Below, one piece after another: positions 42,371 through 52,115 of a stretch of 64,000 nt of DNA. How positions within the stretch are numbered: position 1 is the first letter of the stretch; every line of letters begins with the position of its first letter. Source of the DNA: Chthonomonadales bacterium (GTDB taxonomy: Bacteria; Armatimonadota; Chthonomonadetes; Chthonomonadales; CAJBBX01). The notes under the pieces are model-generated. The model searched no databases, was not told the origin of the DNA, and was given only the letters and a program-made list of their open reading frames with translations. The stretch covers positions 5,771 through 69,770 of the forward strand of contig JBBROJ010000005.1 of the NCBI GenBank assembly GCA_038229495.1. Reading direction: 5' to 3'. The translations under genes were made by a program, and so were the position numbers.

Positions 42371-44185
42371 TCAATTGCCTTCAGCCGTTAGCGGTTTGTC
42401 CTTAACAACGGTGACAATTCGATCGATCTGGCACTCCGCAATGACCTGTCTTAACCCGTCGGGCCATCTTAACTCTATGCGCTTTATCCGCGATTCGCGG
42501 CCCAGGCCGAAATGGAGACGAGGGTCGCTGGAGGAGAGAAAGCTCGACGCGGGCGAAACGAATTGGGTCATAACGCCGCTGTTTAGATACACGGTCGCCT
42601 TCGCGCCGTAAGCGAAACGGTTCCCTGTCTCCTGGCGCAGGTCGAGCGTTACCCAATGATTTGAAGCGCTTGAAGTATTGTGCAGCAGCATGGGCGCGCC
42701 TTCAAAATCCACCGCCAATAGATCTACCCTACCGTCGTTGTCGAAATCCCCTGCCGCGAGGCCGCGGCCAACGATAGGCTCTCTTACGCCCGGGGTCATG
42801 TAAGGCGTAATGTCGGTGAATCCCCTCACGGTTTTGGAGGATACGTTGTGAAACAGCATGAGCGGCTGGCGGAATGTTGTCGACGGATAGAGGTCCGGAG
42901 AATTGTCGTACACGTGGCCGTTTGCAAAAGCGATATCGGGCCAGCCGTCATTATCGAAGTCGGCCCACTTCGCCCCAAATCCCAATGCGCCGTAAGTCGG
43001 ACCGAGAAGCTGCGCCGAATCGGTCGCATAATCGAACTGCCCGCCGCCAAGATTACGCCACAACGAGTACGGCTCGTCGCTGAACGCCGTAATTGCTAAA
43101 TCCGGCTTCCCGTCTCTGTCGTAGTCGCCCCAATCCGCCCCCATCGCGGCAATAGCGTGGCCCATGCTGTTGTAGGCGACACCGCTCTTCTCCCCTATGT
43201 TCTCGAATCGCATTCGACCCAGGTTTCTGATGAGTTCCGCCGGTTTTCCGTCATTTCCGATGTAAAAGTCCATCCTCCCGTCGCTGTCGATGTCGGTGAA
43301 CGCAACCGACATCGCCTGCCCGTGAAGCGGCTTCATCCCACAGCTTTCCGAAATATTGTTGAACTTGCCGCGCCCCTTGTTCCACCATAGCTCGGGAAAC
43401 TGGGGCCGGTAAGAGGTGGGCGGACAGCCACTGCGGATGCCGGGATGGATTTCACAAAACTGCGGTTCGCCCGGCCCGTAGGAGACATAGTTCGTGAGAA
43501 CCAGCGAGAGATTTCCACTCCCATCCAGGTCCATAAACCCCGCGCTAAGCCCCCAATGTTCGTGGTTATTGGAATCCAGCCCCGAGCGCGTCGTCCAATC
43601 TTCAAACCACCGGCCGGAAACGTTGTGCAGCAGCGCCAGCCGGTGATAACCCGTCAGCAGAATATCGGGAAACCCGTCGCCGTCGATGTCCCCAACGGCA
43701 CAGCCCATCCAATAGCCGCGCAAGTTTACGAACCCGGCTGTCGCGGAGACATCCGTGAAGCGGCCATTCTTCTCGTTGTGATAGAGCGCAATCTGTGAAT
43801 TGCTGATCAGCAGAATGTCCTGCCAACCGTCATTATCATAGTCGAGAAACGCGCAGCCGCCGCCCACGGTTTCATGGATGCGTAACGGATGAGGGCGAAT
43901 CGGCCACCGGAACCGAATTCCGCTGGCTTCGGTTACGTTTTCAAACTGAACGGCCTGGAGTGAGCCGGAGTGTAGAACAGCCGGGCCGCGACCGGCAGGA
44001 GGGCGAACTGATGTAAGCGGATGCGCTGTGCACCCGCCCGATACCAGCCAGGAGAACAGGGCGAAACCGGCCCATATAGCCCGGATAATTCGTGAATACC
44101 GCGTCGGGAGCAACCTCCGCCACATACCATAGCGCCGCTTTCTACGTACATAATCCGGGCTAGAGGAATTGTTCAACTTTGACAC
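42371..44185 (-). CDS. CRTAC1-family lipoprotein paralogue
   Basis: Lipobox 'VSGGC', FG-GAP motifs ('GDIDGDGFPDILL', 'GDFDNDGRVDLLA'), and C-terminus 'SSFLSSSDPRLHFGLGRESRIKRIELRWPDG'. Confidence 0.85.
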   Translation of the reverse strand: MSKLNNSSSPDYVRRKRRYGMWRRLLPTRYSRIIRAIWAGFALFSWLVSGGCTAHPLTSVRPPAGRGPAVLHSGSLQAVQFENVTEASGIRFRWPIRPHPLRIHETVGGGCAFLDYDNDGWQDILLISNSQIALYHNEKNGRFTDVSATAGFVNLRGYWMGCAVGDIDGDGFPDILLTGYHRLALLHNVSGRWFEDWTTRSGLDSNNHEHWGLSAGFMDLDGSGNLSLVLTNYVSYGPGEPQFCEIHPGIRSGCPPTSYRPQFPELWWNKGRGKFNNISESCGMKPLHGQAMSVAFTDIDSDGRMDFYIGNDGKPAELIRNLGRMRFENIGEKSGVAYNSMGHAIAAMGADWGDYDRDGKPDLAITAFSDEPYSLWRNLGGGQFDYATDSAQLLGPTYGALGFGAKWADFDNDGWPDIAFANGHVYDNSPDLYPSTTFRQPLMLFHNVSSKTVRGFTDITPYMTPGVREPIVGRGLAAGDFDNDGRVDLLAVDFEGAPMLLHNTSSASNHWVTLDLRQETGNRFAYGAKATVYLNSGVMTQFVSPASSFLSSSDPRLHFGLGRESRIKRIELRWPDGLRQVIAECQIDRIVTVVKDKPLTAEGN

Positions 44186-44270
44186 CCTGCAAGTGTGTTA
44201 AAGCCGTTATCCGGCATCAGATTCTCGAAACGAGGGCAGGCGCTTTTAAGAACGTGTTATATATACTATA

Positions 44271-46097
44271 TCAGCGAATGCTTATGGCGCTGCGCTTATT
44301 GCGGCCGCCTTCTACTATCCGCAAATTGTGATCGAGGGGTGGCGCCTTGATGATCTCCTCATGGCCGGACGGCCAGCGAATCATTATCGAATCGATTTGC
44401 GCTGCAAGCCCAAGTCCAAAATGAACCCGAGGATCGCTGGAGGAGAGATAGCTCGACGCCGGGGACACCTGTGACACGAAACTTTGGCCCCCAGCCTTCA
44501 CCGTGATTCGAGAACCGTACGCAAAGCGATTTTTCCCGCTGCTTCGCAGGTCAAGCGTAATCCAATGGTTTGGCGTGGCCGAAACGTTGTGAAGGAGCAT
44601 GGGCGGGCCTTCATAATCGACCACCAGCTCATCCATGCGCCCGTCGTTGTCGAAGTCGGCTGTCGCCGAGCCGCGCCCTACGAGCGGCTTGCCGACAGCC
44701 GGCCCCATCTGCGGCACAAGGTCGCGAAATGTTCGCCCACCCTCGTTATGAAAAATCATGATGGGCTGGCGATAGGTTGAGAGCGGATCGATCTTGCCGG
44801 CGTTGTCGTATACGTGGCCGTTGGAAAAGATTACGTCGGGGAATCCATCATTGTCGATATCGATCCATTTGGTGCCGAAACCAAGCGGTTTCAGCGTTGC
44901 CCCCGCAATATTGGTCTCCTCCTCTGCGGAAGAGAACAGGTTTCCGCCCATGTTTCTGAATAAGGCGTAAGTCTCGTCGGCGAAGGCGCTCACCGCCAGG
45001 TCCAGCTTTCCATCGCGGTTGTAGTCGGCCCAATCAGCGCCCATTGCCGCAATCGGTTTTCCCATGGACGATGCGAACAGGCCGCTCTTCTGCCCCAGGT
45101 TCTCGAACTTCAGCCCGCCTCGGTTGTGCATGTATTCGGCGGGCGTCCCGTCATTCCCTATATAGAAGTCCATTTTTCCGTCATTATCCACGTCTGCAAA
45201 TGCCACGACGAGAGATTTGCCGCTAGTCTGTTTCATGCCAGAGGACGTGGTTATATCGCGAAACTTGCCGTTGCCCAGGTTCTCCCAAAGCTCTGGGAAT
45301 TCCGGCCTATACACGTGGGGAGGGCATCCGCTCTTGATACCGGAGGCCAGCTCGCAATACTGCTGTTCCTTGGGACCGAAGACAACGTAGTTCAGGATGA
45401 TAAGCGCGAGCTTACCGCTCCCATCCAGATCCATGAACGCCGCGCTGCTGCCCCAATGATTCCGATTCCCAGGGTCGAGCCCGGCCTGCGCCGTAACCTC
45501 CTCGAAGCGCTTGCCACCTACGTTATGCATAAGCGCAAGCCGCCGGTAGCCGGTGAGGATAATGTCAAGCCGTCCGTCGCCATCGTAATCCCCTACGCCG
45601 CAACCCTTCCAATCCGCTTTCAGCTGGTCGAAGCCGGTCGCCGCCGTTACGTCTTCAAAAGTTCCGTTTCCCCTGTTGTGATAGAGAATCGGGTGCGGCT
45701 TCGTGACGAGCAGAATGTCCATCCAGCCGTCGTCATCGTAATCCAGGACAGCGCATCCACAGCCAAACGCTTCGATGTTGCGCATGGGGCGCGGCTGCAT
45801 CGGATAAGTATAGGAAATTCCAGCCTGGGCGGCGATGCTCTCAAAGCGAATTCCACCAAGTAAGCTCGATGAATAGGATGAATCGGCTGAAATGGGTGAA
45901 TCGGATAGCTTCCGCTGCTCCTGTCCGGCGCCTCCTGTTGCCTGAGTTGGGCGTGGGGAGTGGCCGCATCCTGTGCAGAGAGAGACAAGAAGCGCCGGCA
46001 GGCACCATATTCCCGCAATGACGGGCACGACGGTGATTTTCTCGGCGGCTCGGCGCCCGCAACCAGGATGGATGAGACGGCTTAACTTAAAACGCAT
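44271..46097 (-). CDS. CRTAC1-family lipoprotein paralogue
   Basis: Lipobox 'LCTGC'. Same architecture as 42371-44185, with 'SSYLSSSDPRVHFGLGLAAQIDSIMIRWPSG'. Confidence 0.85.
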   Translation of the reverse strand: MRFKLSRLIHPGCGRRAAEKITVVPVIAGIWCLPALLVSLCTGCGHSPRPTQATGGAGQEQRKLSDSPISADSSYSSSLLGGIRFESIAAQAGISYTYPMQPRPMRNIEAFGCGCAVLDYDDDGWMDILLVTKPHPILYHNRGNGTFEDVTAATGFDQLKADWKGCGVGDYDGDGRLDIILTGYRRLALMHNVGGKRFEEVTAQAGLDPGNRNHWGSSAAFMDLDGSGKLALIILNYVVFGPKEQQYCELASGIKSGCPPHVYRPEFPELWENLGNGKFRDITTSSGMKQTSGKSLVVAFADVDNDGKMDFYIGNDGTPAEYMHNRGGLKFENLGQKSGLFASSMGKPIAAMGADWADYNRDGKLDLAVSAFADETYALFRNMGGNLFSSAEEETNIAGATLKPLGFGTKWIDIDNDGFPDVIFSNGHVYDNAGKIDPLSTYRQPIMIFHNEGGRTFRDLVPQMGPAVGKPLVGRGSATADFDNDGRMDELVVDYEGPPMLLHNVSATPNHWITLDLRSSGKNRFAYGSRITVKAGGQSFVSQVSPASSYLSSSDPRVHFGLGLAAQIDSIMIRWPSGHEEIIKAPPLDHNLRIVEGGRNKRSAISIR

Positions 46098-46291
46098 AAG
46101 GGTTTAAGGGGCGGGAATGGATACCATGGACGCGACAGGTTGTTTTGGGAGGACGCTGGACCTGATCGAACGTTCGCCCAACAGGTTCGCGAATCCTCCG
46201 GCAGGAACCCGCGGACCCGCTCCAGAATCTAGCCTCGCGTACCCATTAGCCAGAGTCGAAAGCGCGAACTGTGGGGGCATGGAGGGAAAGC

Positions 46292-47248
46292 ATGGCGATT
46301 ACGCCTGTATTTATTGCAACGTGGAAGTTCGGCCGGGAGGCCTGCGACGTTGGGCTGCGGCTTTTGCTTGATGGCGAATGCGCCCTCGACGCTGTGGAGC
46401 GCGGCGCGAATGCCGTGGAAGAGAACCCCGCAGTGAACTCGGTAGGCTATGGCGGTCTGCCCAACGCGGAGGGCGTGGTCGAGCTGGATGCCGCCATAAT
46501 GGACGGGTCGACCCACAGCGCCGGCGCAGTGGGGGCCATCACGGGTATTCGCAAGCCTATCTCTGTCGCGCGGCGCGTCATGGAGAAGACCCCCCACGTT
46601 ATGCTGGCGGGCCAGAACGCGCGCCGGTTCGCGCTTCAGGATGGGTTCCCTTCCGCCGATCTGCTGACCCCGGAAGCAAGGGAGCGGTGGCGTCAGTGGA
46701 AAATGGAACAGACCGCCCCCGACGTCGCGCACTTTGATGAGGCGGTTCAGCGCGCGGCGGCCACCGGCGATCCCACGGGAGGTGGCAAGGACACGTCGCA
46801 CGATACGGTTGGTGTCTGCGCGCTGGACCGGGCGGGCAACCTCGCGGCGGGATGCACTACCTCCGGAATCGCGTGGAAGCGGCCCGGAAGGGTGGGAGAT
46901 TCACCTATCATCGGCTCCGGCCTCTATGTAGATAATGAGGTGGGGGCCGCCGCGGCGACCGGCAATGGGGACGAGATAATGAAAGTCTGCCTGAGCTTTC
47001 GCGTGGTTGCGCTGATGGAGCAGGGCCAGGGGCCGCAGGAAGCGTGCGAGGAGGCGATCCGGCATCTGCTGCGAAAGCGGCCAAATTACCAGAGTCGGGG
47101 AGCCGCCTGCATCGCGCTGTCGAAGGATGGCCGTATCGGCGCGGCGGCGACGCGCGCGGGTTTTCACGCTCCCGACCGTCTCTGGCAATACGCCTATTCA
47201 GATGGCGGCGAGGTCCGCCTGACGGAAGGCGTCTACATCTCCGTGTAG
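46292..47248 (+). CDS. Ntn-hydrolase asparaginase / isoaspartyl peptidase (Asparaginase_2 family)
   Basis: GGAGGG RBS 5 nt upstream. 'HDTVGVCALD..GNLAAGCTTSGIAWKRPGRVGDSPIIGSGLYVD..GAAAATGNGDEIMK'. Confidence 0.85.
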   Translation: MAITPVFIATWKFGREACDVGLRLLLDGECALDAVERGANAVEENPAVNSVGYGGLPNAEGVVELDAAIMDGSTHSAGAVGAITGIRKPISVARRVMEKTPHVMLAGQNARRFALQDGFPSADLLTPEARERWRQWKMEQTAPDVAHFDEAVQRAAATGDPTGGGKDTSHDTVGVCALDRAGNLAAGCTTSGIAWKRPGRVGDSPIIGSGLYVDNEVGAAAATGNGDEIMKVCLSFRVVALMEQGQGPQEACEEAIRHLLRKRPNYQSRGAACIALSKDGRIGAAATRAGFHAPDRLWQYAYSDGGEVRLTEGVYISV

Positions 47249-47332
47249 CGAGGGCGTGTTTGCAGCAAGCGAGGAAGGAAGCCGATTCGCAGGGAGTAAA
47301 ACCAATTGGCCCTGTTTTCCGTAGAGAAGGAT

Positions 47333-48058
47333 ATGAACCTGCCGGCCGCTGCGACAACTGTATCCGGGTCCCGCCGCCTCTCATCGGAGCGGTGGCTGCT
47401 TCTCGCGGCGACCCTCGTCTCCTTCGCCCTCTGGTACATACCCGGCGCGCAGGTCGTGCTCACTCCGATTCGCCTTTTCGTGACGCTGATTCATGAGGGC
47501 GGTCATGCGGTAATGACCGTATTGACCGGGGGATCGGTCGCGGGCATGGCGATTCGACAGGACGGCAGCGGCGTTACGATATCCATGGGCGGCATGCCGT
47601 TCTTCGTCTACATGGCAGGCTACCTCGGAGCTACTGCATTCGGCGCGCTGGCCCTTCAGATGTGCCGCAAAGCGGGAAATGGCCGCCGCGCGCTGCTCTT
47701 TCTTGCTTCCATAGTCTTCATCGTCACCGGCCTGTGGATGCGCCCGTGGGGGCAGAGCGCCTTCGGCTTCTTCGTGGGGGTCGGGGTGGGGCTGCTGCTG
47801 CTGGCCGGCGCACGCTTCCTGAAGGAGCCGCTGGCCGCGTTTCTCACGGCATTCCTCTCGGTTCAGCTTTGTCTGAACGCGCTGTTCGATGTCCGTGACC
47901 TTATCTGGCTGACCACCAACACCGGCGCGGACAACGACGCCGTCTTCATGGCGCGCGCCTTCGGCCTCACCCCGTGGTTCTGGGCGCTCCTCTGGGCGGC
48001 GGGCGCAGCGGCAATCCTCGGCCTCTCCCTCCGCTCCTACTGGCGTAACAGCAAGTAG
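47333..48058 (+). CDS. M50B-like membrane metallopeptidase family protein
   Basis: 'LIHEGGHAVMTVLTGG' (HExxH) in a polytopic membrane protein. AAGGA RBS before the ATG at 47333 (ORF opens at 47306). Confidence 0.7.
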   Translation: MNLPAAATTVSGSRRLSSERWLLLAATLVSFALWYIPGAQVVLTPIRLFVTLIHEGGHAVMTVLTGGSVAGMAIRQDGSGVTISMGGMPFFVYMAGYLGATAFGALALQMCRKAGNGRRALLFLASIVFIVTGLWMRPWGQSAFGFFVGVGVGLLLLAGARFLKEPLAAFLTAFLSVQLCLNALFDVRDLIWLTTNTGADNDAVFMARAFGLTPWFWALLWAAGAAAILGLSLRSYWRNSK

Positions 48059-48082
48059 CAGCCGCCGGTTGCCGGCGCCCGT

Positions 48083-48790
48083 TCACTGCGTATTCGTCGG
48101 GCCTCCAACACTACCGCCGTCAACTGCCTGAACGTGACCGTCAACGTAGCAGATATTGTTACGTTGTGTATGGCGGCCAGGAACCGGCAGACTCGTGCCT
48201 GCATCGCTCGCGTTGCGGATAAGATTGCTGGAATCGTACAGGATGGCTGTTTCCGTCATAACGGAAACGGTATTTAACCGTTTGCGATCCAAGCCCTTAT
48301 TGTAGGCATAGCCGAAGATTTCCGGATCCTGTTTCCATATGGATGGGCAGTGGAAGGTCGGGTTTTTCTCCGGGGCTATACTGCCATGGGTATAAGGTTG
48401 CACCCTATCCATCCATCCTGAAGAGGGAGGCATGATCTCGTTGTAGTCCTGCAAATACATGAGCGCCGCCAAACCTAACGACTTCTCATTCGTCATGCAG
48501 ACCTTGGCACGGGCGGCGGAGCGAGCATGCGCGAATACGGGAAAAAGGATCGCCGCCATGATGGTTACGAAAAGGACCAGGCAGCCGCAACCGCCCAGGA
48601 CGAATGCCAACCACGGAATGCGCCTGCCGCCGGGTGGCAGAGGCGGATACTGTCTATACTGGGCCTGTCCACCCGGCGGAGGCGGCGCTGGAAGATAGGG
48701 GCCGGGTTGTTGCGGAATCTGATCCTGGGGTGGAATCTCAGCCATCTTTGTCGCCTGCCTCCTGGCGTTCCGAACGAGAACCATTGTCAC
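48083..48790 (-). CDS. H-X9-DG-like protein with a Pro-rich cytoplasmic N-terminus and a non-prepilin TM anchor
   Basis: '[39 protein letters not shown]' and C-terminal 'HTQRNNICYVDGH'. There is no G/FTLIE cleavage motif. Confidence 0.7.
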   Translation of the reverse strand: MTMVLVRNARRQATKMAEIPPQDQIPQQPGPYLPAPPPPGGQAQYRQYPPLPPGGRRIPWLAFVLGGCGCLVLFVTIMAAILFPVFAHARSAARAKVCMTNEKSLGLAALMYLQDYNEIMPPSSGWMDRVQPYTHGSIAPEKNPTFHCPSIWKQDPEIFGYAYNKGLDRKRLNTVSVMTETAILYDSSNLIRNASDAGTSLPVPGRHTQRNNICYVDGHVQAVDGGSVGGPTNTQ

Positions 48791-48793
48791 CCG

Positions 48794-49342
48794 CTACCTC
48801 TTGTCGAATCGCACGTGCACCTTCCCGCTCGCATATCCGACGTTGTTACCGGATCGAATCGGCTCGCCCTTGGCGGCGCGCGATCGGTGCCTTCCTGGCC
48901 GCGGAAGGCTCTTGAACGCGTCCGCGGAGTTGGCGGAGATGTTCGTTGAATCGAATACGAGCGGCGTCTTCTCCAGGTCCGCGATCTTGCCGCGCGTCTT
49001 GCCGGAAACATCGCTGTTCATCGCATACCCAAACCGCGAATCAGATCCTTGCGACACAGAGGGGCAGTGGAGTCTATCGGGTCTGTCCAGATACGGTTTC
49101 GTGGCGTCCATCCAGGATGCGCCCAACGGATACTTGTCCTCGTAATCGTCGGCATACATCTGGAAAGCCCTGGTTACGCGCAAAAGGTTTGAGCCGCAGG
49201 CGGCGGTCTGTCCCAGGGTTCGCAGCGGACCCATCATGGAGCCCACCAGCAGCCCGAATCCCCATAGCGCGGCAACGGCGCAGCCGCCGCAGGACAGCGC
49301 TCTCAGGAGCCAGCTCGACGACGCGGTCTCGGTTGATCGCAC
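48794..49342 (-). CDS. Degenerate H-X9-DG-like paralogue with a single TM anchor
   Basis: 'CGSNLLRVTRAFQMYADDYEDKYP' and 'GRHRSRAA...NNVGYASGKVHV' (relaxed motif). Confidence 0.6.
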   Translation of the reverse strand: MRSTETASSSWLLRALSCGGCAVAALWGFGLLVGSMMGPLRTLGQTAACGSNLLRVTRAFQMYADDYEDKYPLGASWMDATKPYLDRPDRLHCPSVSQGSDSRFGYAMNSDVSGKTRGKIADLEKTPLVFDSTNISANSADAFKSLPRPGRHRSRAAKGEPIRSGNNVGYASGKVHVRFDKR

Positions 49343-49360
49343 GAACGCTCCTCCGCCCGG

Positions 49361-50176
49361 CTACCTCTCTCCAACGTGTCCGTCCAGGAAGATGACGTTG
49401 TTGCGGCCGGCATGTCGGCCCGGCGACGGCACGCTCTTGTAGTCGTCGTGCGCGTTCGGGCCGAGGTCGCTCGAATCGTAGAAGAGGGGCGTCCGCGTCG
49501 CGTCCTTCACCTCCTGCCACTTCTTGCCGCCCAGCGCCGAGTTCATGGCATAGCCGAACTTTGCCGGGCCACCGCCGATGGACGGGCAGTGCAGTAGGCG
49601 ATCGTCCGGCACGTTCTCTTTTATGAGGTCCGTCCACCTGTCGGCTGGTGGCAGTGTGTTGTCCCAGCTGTCCGCGTAAATCAAAATGGCCTTGTGAAGC
49701 TGTTTCAGGTTTTCCGGGCAGGTCTTGTTTCGCGGTTCTTCCGGCGCTGAATGGGCTGCCAACAGAGGTCTAACGGCCTGGTAAATTGGAGCCAGCTCAT
49801 GGAATGCGACATACCCTCCCAAAATTCCCAGGGCCAGCCCGGCAATCCGCGTAGTGGTTCCCGTCGCAGCCATCAAAGCGCCACCAAATAGTGAGAGGGC
49901 GGGGATTATCGCCAGCGTCATCGGCAGCCAGACCTGCTGTCCGCCAATCTTCACGCCTGTTTTGCTGGCGAGAATTAAGACGATGGTCCAGAAGATGGCA
50001 GGGAGCAATGCCGCCTTAACCGCCGTCGCCGGGCGCTTTGCGATAATGCCGCCGACCGCCCCCGCGAGGAAAAGCCCCAGGGCAGCCAGATTGATTCCTA
50101 CCAGTGACAGCGCAAACATCCAGGCCGCCCCGCGCAGAAGCGAGCCTTCGGGTAACTGTTCAGAATCGGTTTCCAA
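49361..50176 (-). CDS. H-X9-DG-like domain on a polytopic (~5 TM) membrane anchor
   Basis: The N-terminal 150 aa hold several hydrophobic spans, followed by 'CPENLKQLHKAILIYADSWDNTLPP' and 'GRHAGRNNVIFLDGH'. Confidence 0.7.
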   Translation of the reverse strand: METDSEQLPEGSLLRGAAWMFALSLVGINLAALGLFLAGAVGGIIAKRPATAVKAALLPAIFWTIVLILASKTGVKIGGQQVWLPMTLAIIPALSLFGGALMAATGTTTRIAGLALGILGGYVAFHELAPIYQAVRPLLAAHSAPEEPRNKTCPENLKQLHKAILIYADSWDNTLPPADRWTDLIKENVPDDRLLHCPSIGGGPAKFGYAMNSALGGKKWQEVKDATRTPLFYDSSDLGPNAHDDYKSVPSPGRHAGRNNVIFLDGHVGER

Positions 50177-50480
50177 AATAACCTCACAAGTGGAAATAGT
50201 TGACCGCGCCCGGCCAAAGCCATATTACAGGTGGCGCAACTCCACAACTATTCTAGCACGACCACTTCGTTTGAATGCTCCTACCGGACACATGAAGCGA
50301 AAGCCATCTCCGAAGAGATGACTTTACTTCCTGTCCGCCGCATGGAACACGGTCGTCGCTTGTTCACTCGTGTTGTTGCCCTGAGCACTGGTTTGTGGCG
50401 GGAAGACAGGAATCTGAAGACTAATCGCACAATACAGCGTATATTAGGTCACATAATTGTGATTCTGAAGGGGATAATTG

Positions 50481-51386
50481 ATGAGCAAAGTCAGTGAATA
50501 TGTGAACGACTCTCGCGTGGACTACTTACATCCTGCGCTCGAATTCCATGAGATGCGAGATGTACATATGAAATGCGAAGACAACCTTCACTTCATGCGC
50601 AATCTGACAAGCGATTCAATGAAAATGGTTGTAACTTCCCCACCCTACAACATCGGAAAGGCGTATGAAAAGAAGCATACGTTAGAAAACTATATCGCTG
50701 ATCAGGCACAGGTAATCTCGGAGTGCGTTCGACTATTGCACCCGGAGGGCTCATTGTGCTGGCAGGTGGGCAACCACATTGGTAGTGACGGTGAAGTCTT
50801 TCCACTCGACATTGTTCTCTATGATACATTTCGTTCGCACAGGCTAAAGCTCCGCAACCGCATTGTGTGGCATTTTGAACACGGCCTCCACTGCTCGAAG
50901 CGTTTTTCAGGACGATATGAAACGATTATGTGGTTCACCAAGGGCGACCAATACACGTTCAACCTAGATCCGATTCGAGTCCCTTCGAAATATCCAGACA
51001 AGCGGCACTTCAAGGGACCGCGAAAAGGCGAGTTGTCTGGAAACCCACTGGGCAAGAATCCTGGTGACGTTTGGATAATACCGAATGTCAAATCTAACCA
51101 TGTTGAGAAGACCAACCATCCTTGTCAATTCCCCGTGGAGTTAGTTGAACGGCTGGTACTATCGATGACCAACCCGTGCGATCTGGTCCTTGACCCATAT
51201 ATGGGCGTCGGCAGTTCGCTAATTGCGGCGGTGAAACAAGGGCGGATTGCCTACGGTTGCGATACTGTTGAGGAATATGTAAGCATTGCGAGGCAACGGC
51301 TTGTCGGTCTGCACAATGGTACTCTCCGAACAAGGCCAATGGGGAAAGCAGTATATGATCCCAAATTGCCGAACGGTGGCCATTGA
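50481..51386 (+). CDS. Beta-class DNA N4-cytosine/N6-adenine methyltransferase (type II R-M)
   Basis: 'MVVTSPPYNIGK' (motif IV, SPPY) precedes 'DLVLDPYMGVGSSLIAA' (motif I), which is the beta-class order. Spot GC ~43% at 50521-50580. Confidence 0.85.
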   Translation: MSKVSEYVNDSRVDYLHPALEFHEMRDVHMKCEDNLHFMRNLTSDSMKMVVTSPPYNIGKAYEKKHTLENYIADQAQVISECVRLLHPEGSLCWQVGNHIGSDGEVFPLDIVLYDTFRSHRLKLRNRIVWHFEHGLHCSKRFSGRYETIMWFTKGDQYTFNLDPIRVPSKYPDKRHFKGPRKGELSGNPLGKNPGDVWIIPNVKSNHVEKTNHPCQFPVELVERLVLSMTNPCDLVLDPYMGVGSSLIAAVKQGRIAYGCDTVEEYVSIARQRLVGLHNGTLRTRPMGKAVYDPKLPNGGH

Positions 51387-52000
51387 TGAGAATCGTTGAG
51401 TATTATTCGCATCTCAATGGATACGAGCATATTATTGTTCACCAGCCTGGTTTGTGGTCAGAAATCAAGGATGTTGTTGCTGCCGTAGATGCTGTCGAAT
51501 GTAAGACGAAGGTATGTAAAGAGAAAGGATCAAAATTCGGCACGCTTCTGTTTGACCCAGGCGAAATGAATAAGCGATTCAAAAAGGAGCTTGAGGATCG
51601 AGACTGGCACGAATCTCGTACTTCCTACTTTGTAACGTCTGACCACCGGCTGATCCGTAAGACTATGAATATGTCGAAGGAGGAACAACGAAAGGAAATT
51701 GAGACGGCAGGAAAGACACCAATCTACTCGTACAATCAAACCGACTTCGTTAAGAACCGCATTGAGATCGAAGTCCAGTTTGGGAAATACTTCTCCGTAG
51801 CATACGACCTGTTCGTAAAGCACATGGCGTTTTTTATTGGAGACGTGATCGATGTTGGTGTTGAAATCCTACCCATGAAGGAAATGCAACATGAAATGTC
51901 ATCCGGCCCTCCCTATTATGAAGGAGAGTTATATAACCTGCTTCGTCAAGGCCGAAGTACGCCCGCAGTTCCACTCGTGGTTATTGGAATCGCTCCGTAG
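51386..52000 (+). CDS. Type II restriction endonuclease, BamHI/BglII-family-like
   Basis: The start overlaps the methylase stop (TGATG). 'DFVKNRIEIEVQFGKYFSVAYDLF...IDVGVEILPMK' resembles the BglII/BamHI catalytic core (E-x-E...). Assignment is from memory. Confidence 0.6.
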   Translation: MRIVEYYSHLNGYEHIIVHQPGLWSEIKDVVAAVDAVECKTKVCKEKGSKFGTLLFDPGEMNKRFKKELEDRDWHESRTSYFVTSDHRLIRKTMNMSKEEQRKEIETAGKTPIYSYNQTDFVKNRIEIEVQFGKYFSVAYDLFVKHMAFFIGDVIDVGVEILPMKEMQHEMSSGPPYYEGELYNLLRQGRSTPAVPLVVIGIAP

Positions 52001-52115
52001 AGAATTATTGCAATAGCGCGACCTTCCGAGAATCTAACGCATCCATCAATTGCCCACGGGTTTAACCGTGGGTGCAGTCCCGTTCCATTGCCCCGTCTGC
52101 TATACTTACCCTGTT

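Noticed and set aside
50231-50497. 88-aa ORF upstream of the methyltransferase as a possible controller (C) protein
   Set aside because: It has no helix-turn-helix pattern, it overlaps the MTase RBS and start, and its composition looks non-coding.
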